Source: Verrucomicrobiota bacterium (GTDB lineage Bacteria; Verrucomicrobiota; Verrucomicrobiia; Limisphaerales; CANJSG01). Taken from it: a stretch of 45,909 bases of DNA. The notes under the pieces were generated by a model that had not been told where the DNA came from, did no database searches, and was given only the letters and a program-made list of their open reading frames with translations. The position numbers were made by a program, and so were the translations under genes. Below are positions 1-7,386 of the stretch, one piece after another; position 1 is the stretch's first letter; each line of letters starts with the position of its first letter. The stretch is from the NCBI GenBank assembly GCA_038209745.1, contig JBBQXJ010000035.1, positions 1 to 45,909 on the forward strand. The letters are read 5' to 3'.

Positions 1-1058
1 TTTTTGACGTCCCACTCGGCCAAGCCCTTCTTGATCGCGTCCTGGTGCGAGCCGCTGAAGGCGGTGAAGACGAGTTCGCCGGCATACGGATGGCGCGCTG
101 GAACGGTCATGCCGGTGCAGCGTTCATAGACGTCGATCGCCTTGTGCAGGTTGGAGAAGTCCAGCTCGGGATCGATGCCGTGCATGTAGAGGGTCATCGC
201 CACTTGCACGATGTCCAAGTTGCCAGTGCGCTCGCCGTTGCCGAAGAGCGTGCCTTCGACGCGATCCGCGCCGGCCAACAAGCCCATCTCGGTCGCGGCG
301 GTGCCGGTGCCCCGGTCGTTGTGGGTATGCAGCGAGATGACGAGCGACTCGCGGTTCTTGAGGTTCCGGCACATCCACTCGATCTGGTCCGCATGGACAT
401 TGGGCCCGGCCACTTCGACCGTGTCGGGCAGGTTCAGGATCATCTTTCGCTCGGGCGTGGGCTGCCACACGTCCATCACGGCCTCGGAAATCTCCTTGGC
501 GAATTCCAACTCGGTCGCGCTGAAACTCTCGGGCGAATACTGGAGGCGCACGTTCGTTCCAACCAAGCGCGGCAGCCGTTCCTGGATCCACTTCGCGCCC
601 TGGACGGCTATCGCCTTGATCTCGTCCTTGGACTTGCCGAAGACGACGCGGCGTTGGGCCGGCGAAGTCGAGTTGTAGAGATGGATGATGACGCTCTTGG
701 CGCCGATCAACGACTGGACGGTCTTCTCGATCAGGTCTTCGCGCGCCTGGACGAGGCACTGGATGGTGACGTCGGCGGGGATATGGCCCTTCTCGATCAA
801 CAGCCGGTTGAAGGCGAACTCGGTGTTCGACGCGGAGGGAAAGCCGACCTCGATCTCCTTGAAGCCGCACTTCACCAGCATCTGGAAGAGCTCGAGCTTC
901 TGCGCGACGTTCATCGGCACGGCCAGGGCCTGGTTGCCGTCGCGCAGGTCCACGCTGCACCAGATGGGCGCGACGGTGAGCACGCGGCTGGGCCATTGGC
1001 GGTCCGGCAGCGCGACCGGGGGAAACGGTCGGTATTTCGATACGGTGTTCTTCAACAT
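1..1058 (-). CDS. leuA: 2-isopropylmalate synthase (5' part; runs off the window start)
   Basis: Manual minus-strand translation from ATG at 1058: [92 protein letters not shown]. Not in the ORF track because there is no stop in the window. Confidence 0.97.
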   Translation of the reverse strand, partial: MLKNTVSKYRPFPPVALPDRQWPSRVLTVAPIWCSVDLRDGNQALAVPMNVAQKLELFQMLVKCGFKEIEVGFPSASNTEFAFNRLLIEKGHIPADVTIQCLVQAREDLIEKTVQSLIGAKSVIIHLYNSTSPAQRRVVFGKSKDEIKAIAVQGAKWIQERLPRLVGTNVRLQYSPESFSATELEFAKEISEAVMDVWQPTPERKMILNLPDTVEVAGPNVHADQIEWMCRNLKNRESLVISLHTHNDRGTGTAATEMGLLAGADRVEGTLFGNGERTGNLDIVQVAMTLYMHGIDPELDFSNLHKAIDVYERCTGMTVPARHPYAGELVFTAFSGSHQDAIKKGLAEWDVK

Positions 1059-1104
1059 GACTGTATGGCGGTTGAGGTTAACGCCGGGGCGGCGGCCGGG
1101 TCAG

Positions 1105-1144
1105 ACAAAAACAAAACCCCGCCGCCAATCACGGCAGCGGGGTT
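1105..1144 (-). terminator. Intrinsic terminator of the leuA attenuator
   Basis: Minus strand AACCCCGCTGCC-GTGATT-GGCGGCGGGGTT (12-bp stem, one G-U) followed by TTGTTTTTGT, between the leader ORF and leuA. Confidence 0.9.
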
Positions 1145-1165
1145 CTGGAAATCTCTCGAATCCGG

Positions 1166-1237
1166 TCAAACCCCCACTGCCGCGCGGCTAAGAAGCAGCG
1201 CGAAAAGCGAAAGTCGAAGGTTCACGGACGGATTCAT
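1166..1237 (-). CDS. Leucine leader peptide (23 aa) of the leuA attenuator
   Basis: MNPSVNLRLSLFALLLSRAAVGV*; 6 Leu, 5 of them CTT; lies directly upstream of the terminator and leuA. Confidence 0.88.
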   Translation of the reverse strand: MNPSVNLRLSLFALLLSRAAVGV

Positions 1238-1295
1238 CTTGCAGATAAAAAACACGCGAACATGGGCGCGGTCAACGGATTTATCGGGCGAGCCT

Positions 1296-1360
1296 CGGAG
1301 CGCGGAGCATCGCTCCGCGTGTGCAACCGAGGCGCGGACGGAGCGATGCTCCGCGCTCCG
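1296..1360. repeat. Perfect 22-bp inverted repeat (REP-like hairpin) downstream of lysC
   Basis: CGGAGCGCGGAGCATCGCTCCG (1296-1317) and its exact reverse complement (1339-1360), 21-nt spacer. Confidence 0.85.
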
Positions 1361-1381
1361 GACGACACAGCTTTCCCCCGG

Positions 1382-2587
1382 TCATTCCAGGAACGCCTTG
1401 TGCACCGCCTCCAGCGCCTGCGGGCCCTTGGCGATGTCGATGACCACGGAGATGTAGATCTCGCTGGTGGAGATCATCTGGATGTTCACGTCTTCCTGTG
1501 CGAGGACCTCGAACATCTTCGCGGCCACGCCGGTGTGGCTCTTCATGCCGACCCCGACGACCGAGAGCTTGCAGATGTTCTCGGACACGTCGACGGACTT
1601 GAAGCCGGCTTCGGCCTGGAGCGCGTCGATGATCTTGCGGGCTTTGAGCAGGTCCGCCTTGTCGCTGGTGAAGGAGATGTCGGTGCCGCCGCCGTGGCTG
1701 ACGTTCTGCACGATCATGTCCACGTTGATCGCGCCGTCGCCGAGGGCGCGGAAGAGCTTCGCGGCGGCACCGGGCCGGTCGGGCACGCCGACGACGGTCA
1801 CCTTGGCCTGGTTCTTGTCGAGGGAGACGCCGCGGATGACGACGTCCTCCATGCTGGGGGTGGCTTCTTTCACAATTGTTCCGGGGTTGTCGTTGAGGCT
1901 GGAGCGGACTTCGAAGACGACGCCGAACTTCTTCGCGAATTCGACGGAGCGGTTCTGCATGACCTTGGCGCCGAGAGAGGCGAGTTCAAGCATCTCGTCG
2001 TAGGAGATCTCGGAGAGTTTCCTGGCACCGGGGACGATGCGGGGATCGGCGGTGTAGACGCCGTCCACATCGGTGAAAATCTGGCAGTGATCGGCCTGGA
2101 CGGCGGCGGCCAAAGCGATGGCCGTGAGGTCGGAACCGCCGCGGCCCAGCGTGGTGATATGTCCTTCCAAAGTCTGGCCCTGGAAGCCGGCCACGATGAC
2201 GACCTTGCCGGCGTCGAGCAGCGAGTGGATCTGCTTCGGCGTTATGTTCTGGATCTTGGCCTTGGTGTGGACGCCGTCGGTCACGATGCCCGCCTGGGCG
2301 CCGGTCAACGACACGGCGGGCACTTCGAGAGCATGGAGCGCGATGGCCAACAGAGCGGTCGTGGTCTGTTCACCGGTGGCCAGGAGCATGTCCATCTCCC
2401 GTTCGTCGGGAATGGACATGAGGTCCTTGGCCATCTTGATCAGATTATCGGTCACTCCGCTCATGGCGGAGACGACGACGACGATCTGATTGCCCTCGGC
2501 GCGGGACCGGGCCACGCGGCGGGCGACGTTCTTGATCCGGTCGGTGTTGCCGACGGAGGTGCCGCCGAATTTTTGGACGATCAGCAT
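1382..2587 (-). CDS. lysC: Aspartate kinase with two ACT domains
   Basis: VQKFGGTSV, VVVSAM, GFQG, TTLGRGGSDLTA, TDVDGVYTADPR motifs; C-terminal ACT repeats; 401 aa. Confidence 0.97.
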   Translation of the reverse strand: MLIVQKFGGTSVGNTDRIKNVARRVARSRAEGNQIVVVVSAMSGVTDNLIKMAKDLMSIPDEREMDMLLATGEQTTTALLAIALHALEVPAVSLTGAQAGIVTDGVHTKAKIQNITPKQIHSLLDAGKVVIVAGFQGQTLEGHITTLGRGGSDLTAIALAAAVQADHCQIFTDVDGVYTADPRIVPGARKLSEISYDEMLELASLGAKVMQNRSVEFAKKFGVVFEVRSSLNDNPGTIVKEATPSMEDVVIRGVSLDKNQAKVTVVGVPDRPGAAAKLFRALGDGAINVDMIVQNVSHGGGTDISFTSDKADLLKARKIIDALQAEAGFKSVDVSENICKLSVVGVGMKSHTGVAAKMFEVLAQEDVNIQMISTSEIYISVVIDIAKGPQALEAVHKAFLE

Positions 2588-2604
2588 AGAGAAAGCGAAG
2601 GTGA

Positions 2605-2790
2605 CTAGGGTTCGGGAACGCCCAACTCGTGGCAGTTCTTCACGACGAGGAAACGGTCCATTTCCACATGCCGAGGCACGGAAGCCACCTTGCCCGTGAC
2701 GGAATTCTTGTAGACGGAATGCCAGCCGCCTTCGCGCAGAAGCTGACGGCCGTGGGCGGTGGGATGACGGACGAGATCACGGGGTTTCAC
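2605..2790 (-). CDS. hicA: HicA-family toxin (possibly degenerate)
   Basis: 61 aa with LLREGGWHSVYKN..VPRH..ELGV pattern of HicA; GTG start overlaps the stop of the upstream hicB-like frame (GTGA). Confidence 0.8.
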   Translation of the reverse strand: MKPRDLVRHPTAHGRQLLREGGWHSVYKNSVTGKVASVPRHVEMDRFLVVKNCHELGVPEP

Positions 2791-3021
2791 GGGCCGGTGA
2801 GGATGAGATGCTCCTGCACGAAGTTTGTGGCCAAGGGTTCACGGGTCCGTTCCTCGCGCTGGACTTCGAGATAAAGCTCCTGCGCATCGAGCAGGTTCTC
2901 CCGCTGTCCTTCCTTCGTCTTCCCCCGGGCGCATCACGGCGGGCAGCTCCGCGAGCTGGCCGGCCCGCCAGCCCTCTTCGCCTGTTTCAACCAGGATGGT
3001 GAACTTCAACTCGTGACGCAT
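2787..3021 (-). pseudogene. hicB: HicB-family antitoxin, frameshifted near 2931
   Basis: First frame MRHELKFTILVETGEEGWRAGQLAELPAVM; skipping one base continues ARGKTKEGQRENLLDAQELYLE..LTGP*, the HicB GxTxEEAxxNLxDAxxLYLE-type motif. Confidence 0.82.
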
Positions 3022-3062
3022 GGGAGGAGGATTGGACGGTTCGGCATGTTTTACAAAGCCGG

Positions 3063-4424
3063 TCAGGCGGGAGCATGGGTTGCGAGCAGGTATTCGCGGA
3101 ACCGCTCGTAGTCCGCGCCCATGCGATCATAGTCCTCGGGCAGCTTGAGCCCGGTCACCATGGAGGCGGGCACGTCGGGTGCCCAACCAACGACCTTCTC
3201 CACTTCCTCGGGGAACTTCGCCGGGTTCGCCGTCTCGACGATGACGGCGGGCGTCCGGCCGAGCGGCTCCACGGCGCACCAGTCGAGGAAACCCTGCCAC
3301 GCGACGACGCCATGGGGTTCGAGGAGGATCTGATACTTGTTCCAGAATTCACGGAGCGACGTGCGCGTGCGTTCGTCCGTGATCGAGCTGGAGAAAACGT
3401 CCCGGCGCATCGCGTCCAGGTCGGGCTGCTTGTGGATCACCCCGGTCTCGTCCATCTGCCCGCCGTAGATGGCCACGAGCCGGGCGAGGTTGCTCGGATG
3501 GCCGACGTTCATCGCGTTGGAGACGGAGTTGCGCGACGGGGAGATCTTCTCGTAGTGGCCGCTGGCGAGATAACGCGGGAAGGCGTCGTTGTCGTTGACC
3601 GACGCGATGATCTTGCGGACGGGCAATCCCATCACCCGGGCGACGACCGCACCCATCATGTCGCCGAAGTTGCCGCTCGGGATGCTGAAGACCATCGGCT
3701 CGCCCGGCTGCGCCAGCCGCGAGGCCGCGTAGAAGTAATAGACGCACTGCGGCAACAGCCGGCCGATGTTGATGGAATTGGCCGACGAGAGGTGGATGTG
3801 CTCGAGCGTCGGATCGGTGAAGGCCCGTTTCACCATCGCCTGGCAATCGTCGAACTTCCCGTCGACGGCCACCGTGCGGATGTTGTCCTGAAGCGTGGTC
3901 ATGAGCCGGCGCTGGCTCGCGCTCACCTCGTTGATCGGGAACAGCACGACGACGCGCACGCCGGGCACCTTGTGGAACGCATGGGCGACGGCCGCGCCAG
4001 TATCGCCGCTGGTCGCGGTGAGGATGGTGACTTCCCGGCCATCCTCCTTCAGGAAGCGCCCGAACATCTGCGCCATCATCTGCACGGCGAAGTCCTTGAA
4101 CGACGCCGTCGGCCCCTGGTCCAGCCGCATCAGATAGACGCCATGATGGATGACCTCCAACGGCACTCCGAAGTCGTAGGCCTTGTCGCACATCGCGGAC
4201 AGGGCATCGTCCGGGATGACTCCCTCGGTGAACTTCCTCAGCACGCGGAAGGCGACCTTGCGATACGGCAGTTCGGCGTATTCGGCGATCTCCTTCGCCG
4301 TGAGCCGTGGGAACCGCTCCGGGAGATACAGCCCGCCGTCGGGAGCTTGGCCCGCGAGGAACGCCTCGCGAAGGTTGACGGCGGGGGACCGGCCGTTGGT
4401 GGAGCGGAACAGAAGCGTGCTCAT
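3063..4424 (-). CDS. thrC: Threonine synthase
   Basis: GQAPDGGLYLP, GPTASFKDFA (PLP lysine), ATSGDTG, SANSINIGRLLPQ, PSGNFGD motifs; 453 aa. Confidence 0.97.
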   Translation of the reverse strand: MSTLLFRSTNGRSPAVNLREAFLAGQAPDGGLYLPERFPRLTAKEIAEYAELPYRKVAFRVLRKFTEGVIPDDALSAMCDKAYDFGVPLEVIHHGVYLMRLDQGPTASFKDFAVQMMAQMFGRFLKEDGREVTILTATSGDTGAAVAHAFHKVPGVRVVVLFPINEVSASQRRLMTTLQDNIRTVAVDGKFDDCQAMVKRAFTDPTLEHIHLSSANSINIGRLLPQCVYYFYAASRLAQPGEPMVFSIPSGNFGDMMGAVVARVMGLPVRKIIASVNDNDAFPRYLASGHYEKISPSRNSVSNAMNVGHPSNLARLVAIYGGQMDETGVIHKQPDLDAMRRDVFSSSITDERTRTSLREFWNKYQILLEPHGVVAWQGFLDWCAVEPLGRTPAVIVETANPAKFPEEVEKVVGWAPDVPASMVTGLKLPEDYDRMGADYERFREYLLATHAPA

Positions 4425-4455
4425 TCGAAACTCTCGACGCGGATCACCACGGGCG
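4423..4455. repeat. Direct repeat copy 1: duplicated 3' end of hom
   Basis: 31/33 identical to 5345-5377; on the minus strand it encodes PVVIRVESFE*, whose TGA overlaps the thrC ATG. Confidence 0.9.
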
Positions 4456-4547
4456 ACAGCCAGAGGCCACGGGCGTGGATCGCACCAAGCCTACGGGCGG
4501 CGGAAGAAAGGGCATCGCGTATCGGGGCGGACATGGTCGAAAAGGGG

Positions 4548-4805
4548 CTAGACCGGCTTCACTTCGGCCGGATTCTCGGGAGCAAAGGGGCCACGCACGC
4601 AGAGGTCAGGCAATTCCCGGCCGTAGAGGCGGCGAAACAACAGATGCCGGAAAGACTGTTCCGAAAGGCCGGCGGGAAAGGATGCCAGCATCATCTGCCG
4701 GGCGGATTCGAACATCCGTGCCCCCATCAAGAAGCGGTCCGCCGGGGACAGCCGGAGAATCATCTCCCTGTGCAGCAACTGGACTGGGGCGGACGTGTCA
4801 TTCAT
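4548..4805 (-). CDS. Small helical protein, partner of the nucleotidyltransferase (putative TA component)
   Basis: 85 aa MNDTS..LSPADRFLMGARMFESARQMMLAS..LFRRLYG; start overlaps the end of the upstream nucleotidyltransferase gene by 8 nt. Confidence 0.7.
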   Translation of the reverse strand: MNDTSAPVQLLHREMILRLSPADRFLMGARMFESARQMMLASFPAGLSEQSFRHLLFRRLYGRELPDLCVRGPFAPENPAEVKPV

Positions 4806-5340
4806 GGCGGCAATGTTGCATCAGGCTATCCAAGCCCAATTCCTTCGTCCACATCCCCATGTAGTTCTCGTCCACGCCGGAGGCGAGCAGACTGCGGACA
4901 TCGTCGAGCTGCTTTTCGGACATCGAGTCCTTCGCCCAGGCCAGCTTGGAGAGGACCAGGTCTTCCTTGCTGACAATCCAGGTCTCGAAACCGGCGACTT
5001 GGATGCGCCGACGCCGGGCAAACTCGTTTTCCCGAAACGTCCCTGGCTTGCGCAGGATGAAGTCCACTTTGATGACGCTGTTCAAGTGGATGAAGTTGAA
5101 CATCCGGCCGCCGTCGAACGCCCCGCGCACCGCATCGGCCGACACGTAGAAGTCCGTCTGAAAGAGCCCGACCATCTCGTCGATCCGGGAGGGCGGCAGC
5201 ACGAGCACGAGGTCGATGTCGCGCGTCATCCGGGGTTCTGCGTAGTAGTTCAACGCCATGGAGCCCGTCAGCATGTAGTCCAATCCCGCTCCGTCGAGGC
5301 GGCGAGACACCTCCCGCACGATGTCGATCTCGGTCTCCAC
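4798..5340 (-). CDS. Pol-beta-superfamily nucleotidyltransferase-like protein (DUF6036/AbiEii-like)
   Basis: GTG at 5340 just after the hom stop; YMLTGSMA..PRMTRDIDLV (GS..DxD), KVDF, SKEDLVLSKL; 180 aa. Confidence 0.8.
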   Translation of the reverse strand: METEIDIVREVSRRLDGAGLDYMLTGSMALNYYAEPRMTRDIDLVLVLPPSRIDEMVGLFQTDFYVSADAVRGAFDGGRMFNFIHLNSVIKVDFILRKPGTFRENEFARRRRIQVAGFETWIVSKEDLVLSKLAWAKDSMSEKQLDDVRSLLASGVDENYMGMWTKELGLDSLMQHCRHE

Positions 5341-5342
5341 GG

Positions 5343-6710
5343 CTATTCGAAACTCTCCACGCGGATCATCACGGGCGCCGCCTTCACCACGGACAGCTTC
5401 GCCAGCGCGGCCAACGCCTTGTTCATCGTGCGGTTCGTCGCATCGTGGATCATCAGGACCAGCGGCACCGTGTCGCCTTCTTCCCCTTCCTGCTGGATCA
5501 CGGACGATATCCCGATCTTGGCCCGGCCGAGGATCGAGGTGATCCGCGCCATGACGCCGGGTTTGTCGACGACGGACAGCCTCAGATAATAGCGGGAAAC
5601 CGCGTCGTCGATGGACATCACCTTGCCGTTGCGCTCGTGGCAGACGAAGGACGGAACGCGATGGTGGCTGCCGCATTTCAGATCGAGCGCGGCGTCCGCC
5701 AAGTCGCTCAAGACCGAGCTGGCGGTCGCGTCCTGCCCAGCGCCACGGCCGTAGAAAAGCGTGTCGCCCACCACGTCGCCCCGCACCAGCACCGCGTTGT
5801 AGACATCGTTGACCGACGCGAGCACGTGGCTGTTCGGAACGAGCGCGGGATAGACGGAAACCTGGATGCCGGATGCCCGATGCCGGATACCGGATGCCCG
5901 ATGCCCGATGCCCGATTTCTCCGCGTTCCACGTTCCGTCTTCCGAGCTCGTTTTCACGATTCCGAGCAGCTTGATCGTGTAGCCGAGCTGTTCGGCAAAC
6001 TGGATGTCGAGCTGGGTGACGTTCCGGATGCCCTCGGTGAAGACCTGCTCGGGCTGGACCCAGAAGCCGTGGGCCAAGGAAGCCAAGATGCCCGTCTTGT
6101 GCGCGGCATCATGGCCGTCCACATCCAGGTCGGGCGGCGTCTCGGCGTAGCCCAGCTGTTGGGCGTCGGCCAAGACCTCGGCGTAGTCGGCGCTCTCGTG
6201 CTTCATCTTCGTGAGGATGAAGTTGCAGGTGCCGTTGACGATGCCGTAGAGGCGAGTGACCCGGTTTCCAATGAGGCTTTCGCGCAGCACCTTGATCACC
6301 GGAATGCCCCCCGCGACGCTCGCCTCGTAGTAGAGATTGACCCCGTGTTTCGTGGCGGCGGCGAAGAGCTCCTCCCCATGCGCCGAAAGCAACGCCTTGT
6401 TCGCCGTCACCACCGGCTTTCCGGCCGCCAGCGCTGCGAGGACGACCTCTTTCGCCAAGGTCGTTCCGCCCATCAGCTCGACCACCACATCGACGTCGGG
6501 GGAGGCGACGACCGATTTCCAATCCGTGGTGAGGAGCTTGGCGGGAATGGCGACCGCCCGCTTTTTCTTCAGGCTGCGGACCGCGACCCGCGTGATGCGC
6601 AGGTCCAGCCCAAGCCGGGAAGCCATCAGGCCGCCGTTGCGCGACAACGCCTGAAAGACGCCGCCGCCCACGGTGCCACCGCCGATAATGCCGATGTTGA
6701 CCAGACGCAC
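5343..6710 (-). CDS. hom: Homoserine dehydrogenase with C-terminal ACT domain
   Basis: Start reassigned to GTG 6710 (MRLVNIGIIGGGTVG); VVTANKA, YEASVAGGIP, GIVNGTCNFIL, DVDGHDAAHK, YGRGAG motifs. Confidence 0.96.
   Translation of the reverse strand: MRLVNIGIIGGGTVGGGVFQALSRNGGLMASRLGLDLRITRVAVRSLKKKRAVAIPAKLLTTDWKSVVASPDVDVVVELMGGTTLAKEVVLAALAAGKPVVTANKALLSAHGEELFAAATKHGVNLYYEASVAGGIPVIKVLRESLIGNRVTRLYGIVNGTCNFILTKMKHESADYAEVLADAQQLGYAETPPDLDVDGHDAAHKTGILASLAHGFWVQPEQVFTEGIRNVTQLDIQFAEQLGYTIKLLGIVKTSSEDGTWNAEKSGIGHRASGIRHRASGIQVSVYPALVPNSHVLASVNDVYNAVLVRGDVVGDTLFYGRGAGQDATASSVLSDLADAALDLKCGSHHRVPSFVCHERNGKVMSIDDAVSRYYLRLSVVDKPGVMARITSILGRAKIGISSVIQQEGEEGDTVPLVLMIHDATNRTMNKALAALAKLSVVKAAPVMIRVESFE
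5345..5377. repeat. Direct repeat copy 2: functional 3' end of hom
   Basis: ATTCGAAACTCTCCACGCGGATCATCACGGGCG, 2 mismatches to 4423-4455. Confidence 0.9.
5864..5912. repeat. 7 x 7-bp tandem repeat (SGATRCC) inside hom
   Basis: GGATGCC GGATGCC CGATGCC GGATACC GGATGCC CGATGCC CGATGCC; translated in frame as GIGHRASGIRHRASGI. Confidence 0.9.
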
Positions 6711-6936
6711 GAGGCAGGGAGCTTGCAAACCAACGCCTTTCGGGACAACGACATTTTCTGAACACCGGGACTCGGCCCCTTGAGCCTCCGCCACCCCGGT
6801 TTCGCTCACTCCTTCCGGCCGGTCGGGGAAAAAGTGTCCCACGTGCAGCCGATCTCGGGCTCGACGTGGGTGAAGCCCGTCCCTTCCGGCGGGCGAGGGA
6901 TCCGGATGAGGACCTTGTCGCCCAACCTCCAAACCG

Positions 6937-7250
6937 ATGCCATCCCCCCAAGATCGCGAAGCCGCCCTCTTCGCCCTGCCCGCAGAGAAACCCGCCGCCG
7001 AAGGCGCCGCCTTCCTCGACGGGGCCTGCCATGACAACTCTGCACTCCGCCAGCGCCTCGAAGCCTTGCTCGCGGCGCATGAGCAACCGGACACGCTGCT
7101 GGAGCGGGTCGGCGAAAGCGGCTGCGGCGTGGTCTATGTCGCCGAGCAGACCGAGCCGGTGCGGCGTCGCGTCGCGCTGAAGGTCATCAAGCTGGGATGG
7201 ACACCAAGCAGGTGGTGGCCCGCTTCCAGGCGGAGCATCAGGCGCTGGCA
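6937..7250 (+). pseudogene. Remnant of a Ser/Thr protein kinase gene
   Basis: AAFLDGAC..LRQRLEALLAAHE leader, then LLERVGESGCGVVYVAEQTEPVRRRVALKVIKLG; frameshift at about 7196 continues MDTKQVVARFQAEHQALA, then kinase similarity stops (no HRD or DFG). Confidence 0.85.
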
Positions 7251-7386
7251 AAGGCGGCTACCCGACCCGGGAGAAACAAAAATACTTTCCGACCAGACGG
7301 CAGGTGCTAGCGTCCTCACCATAATATCGTGTCGTGGGCGCCACTGGATGGGCCAGTCCACGGCCACTATCCGAGCAAAGTTCCCG

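Noticed and set aside
1247..1275. Sigma-70 promoter for the leu leader (TTGACC-N17-TTTTTT, minus strand)
   Set aside because: The -35 is good but the -10 is poor; not enough to call.
45..1457. 470-aa plus-strand ORF and other long antisense ORFs (e.g. 3075-4973, 11608-14175, 22690-25104, 26223-28973, 29461-31728, 43253-45814)
   Set aside because: They shadow well-supported genes on the opposite strand, lack recognisable motifs, and are expected in high-GC DNA.
4798..5931. 377-aa ORF
   Set aside because: Its N-terminal half is an alternate frame of hom; only 4798-5340 is credible.
6711..6936. Thr/Ile leader peptide upstream of hom
   Set aside because: No Thr- or Ile-rich short ORF or terminator found on the minus strand.
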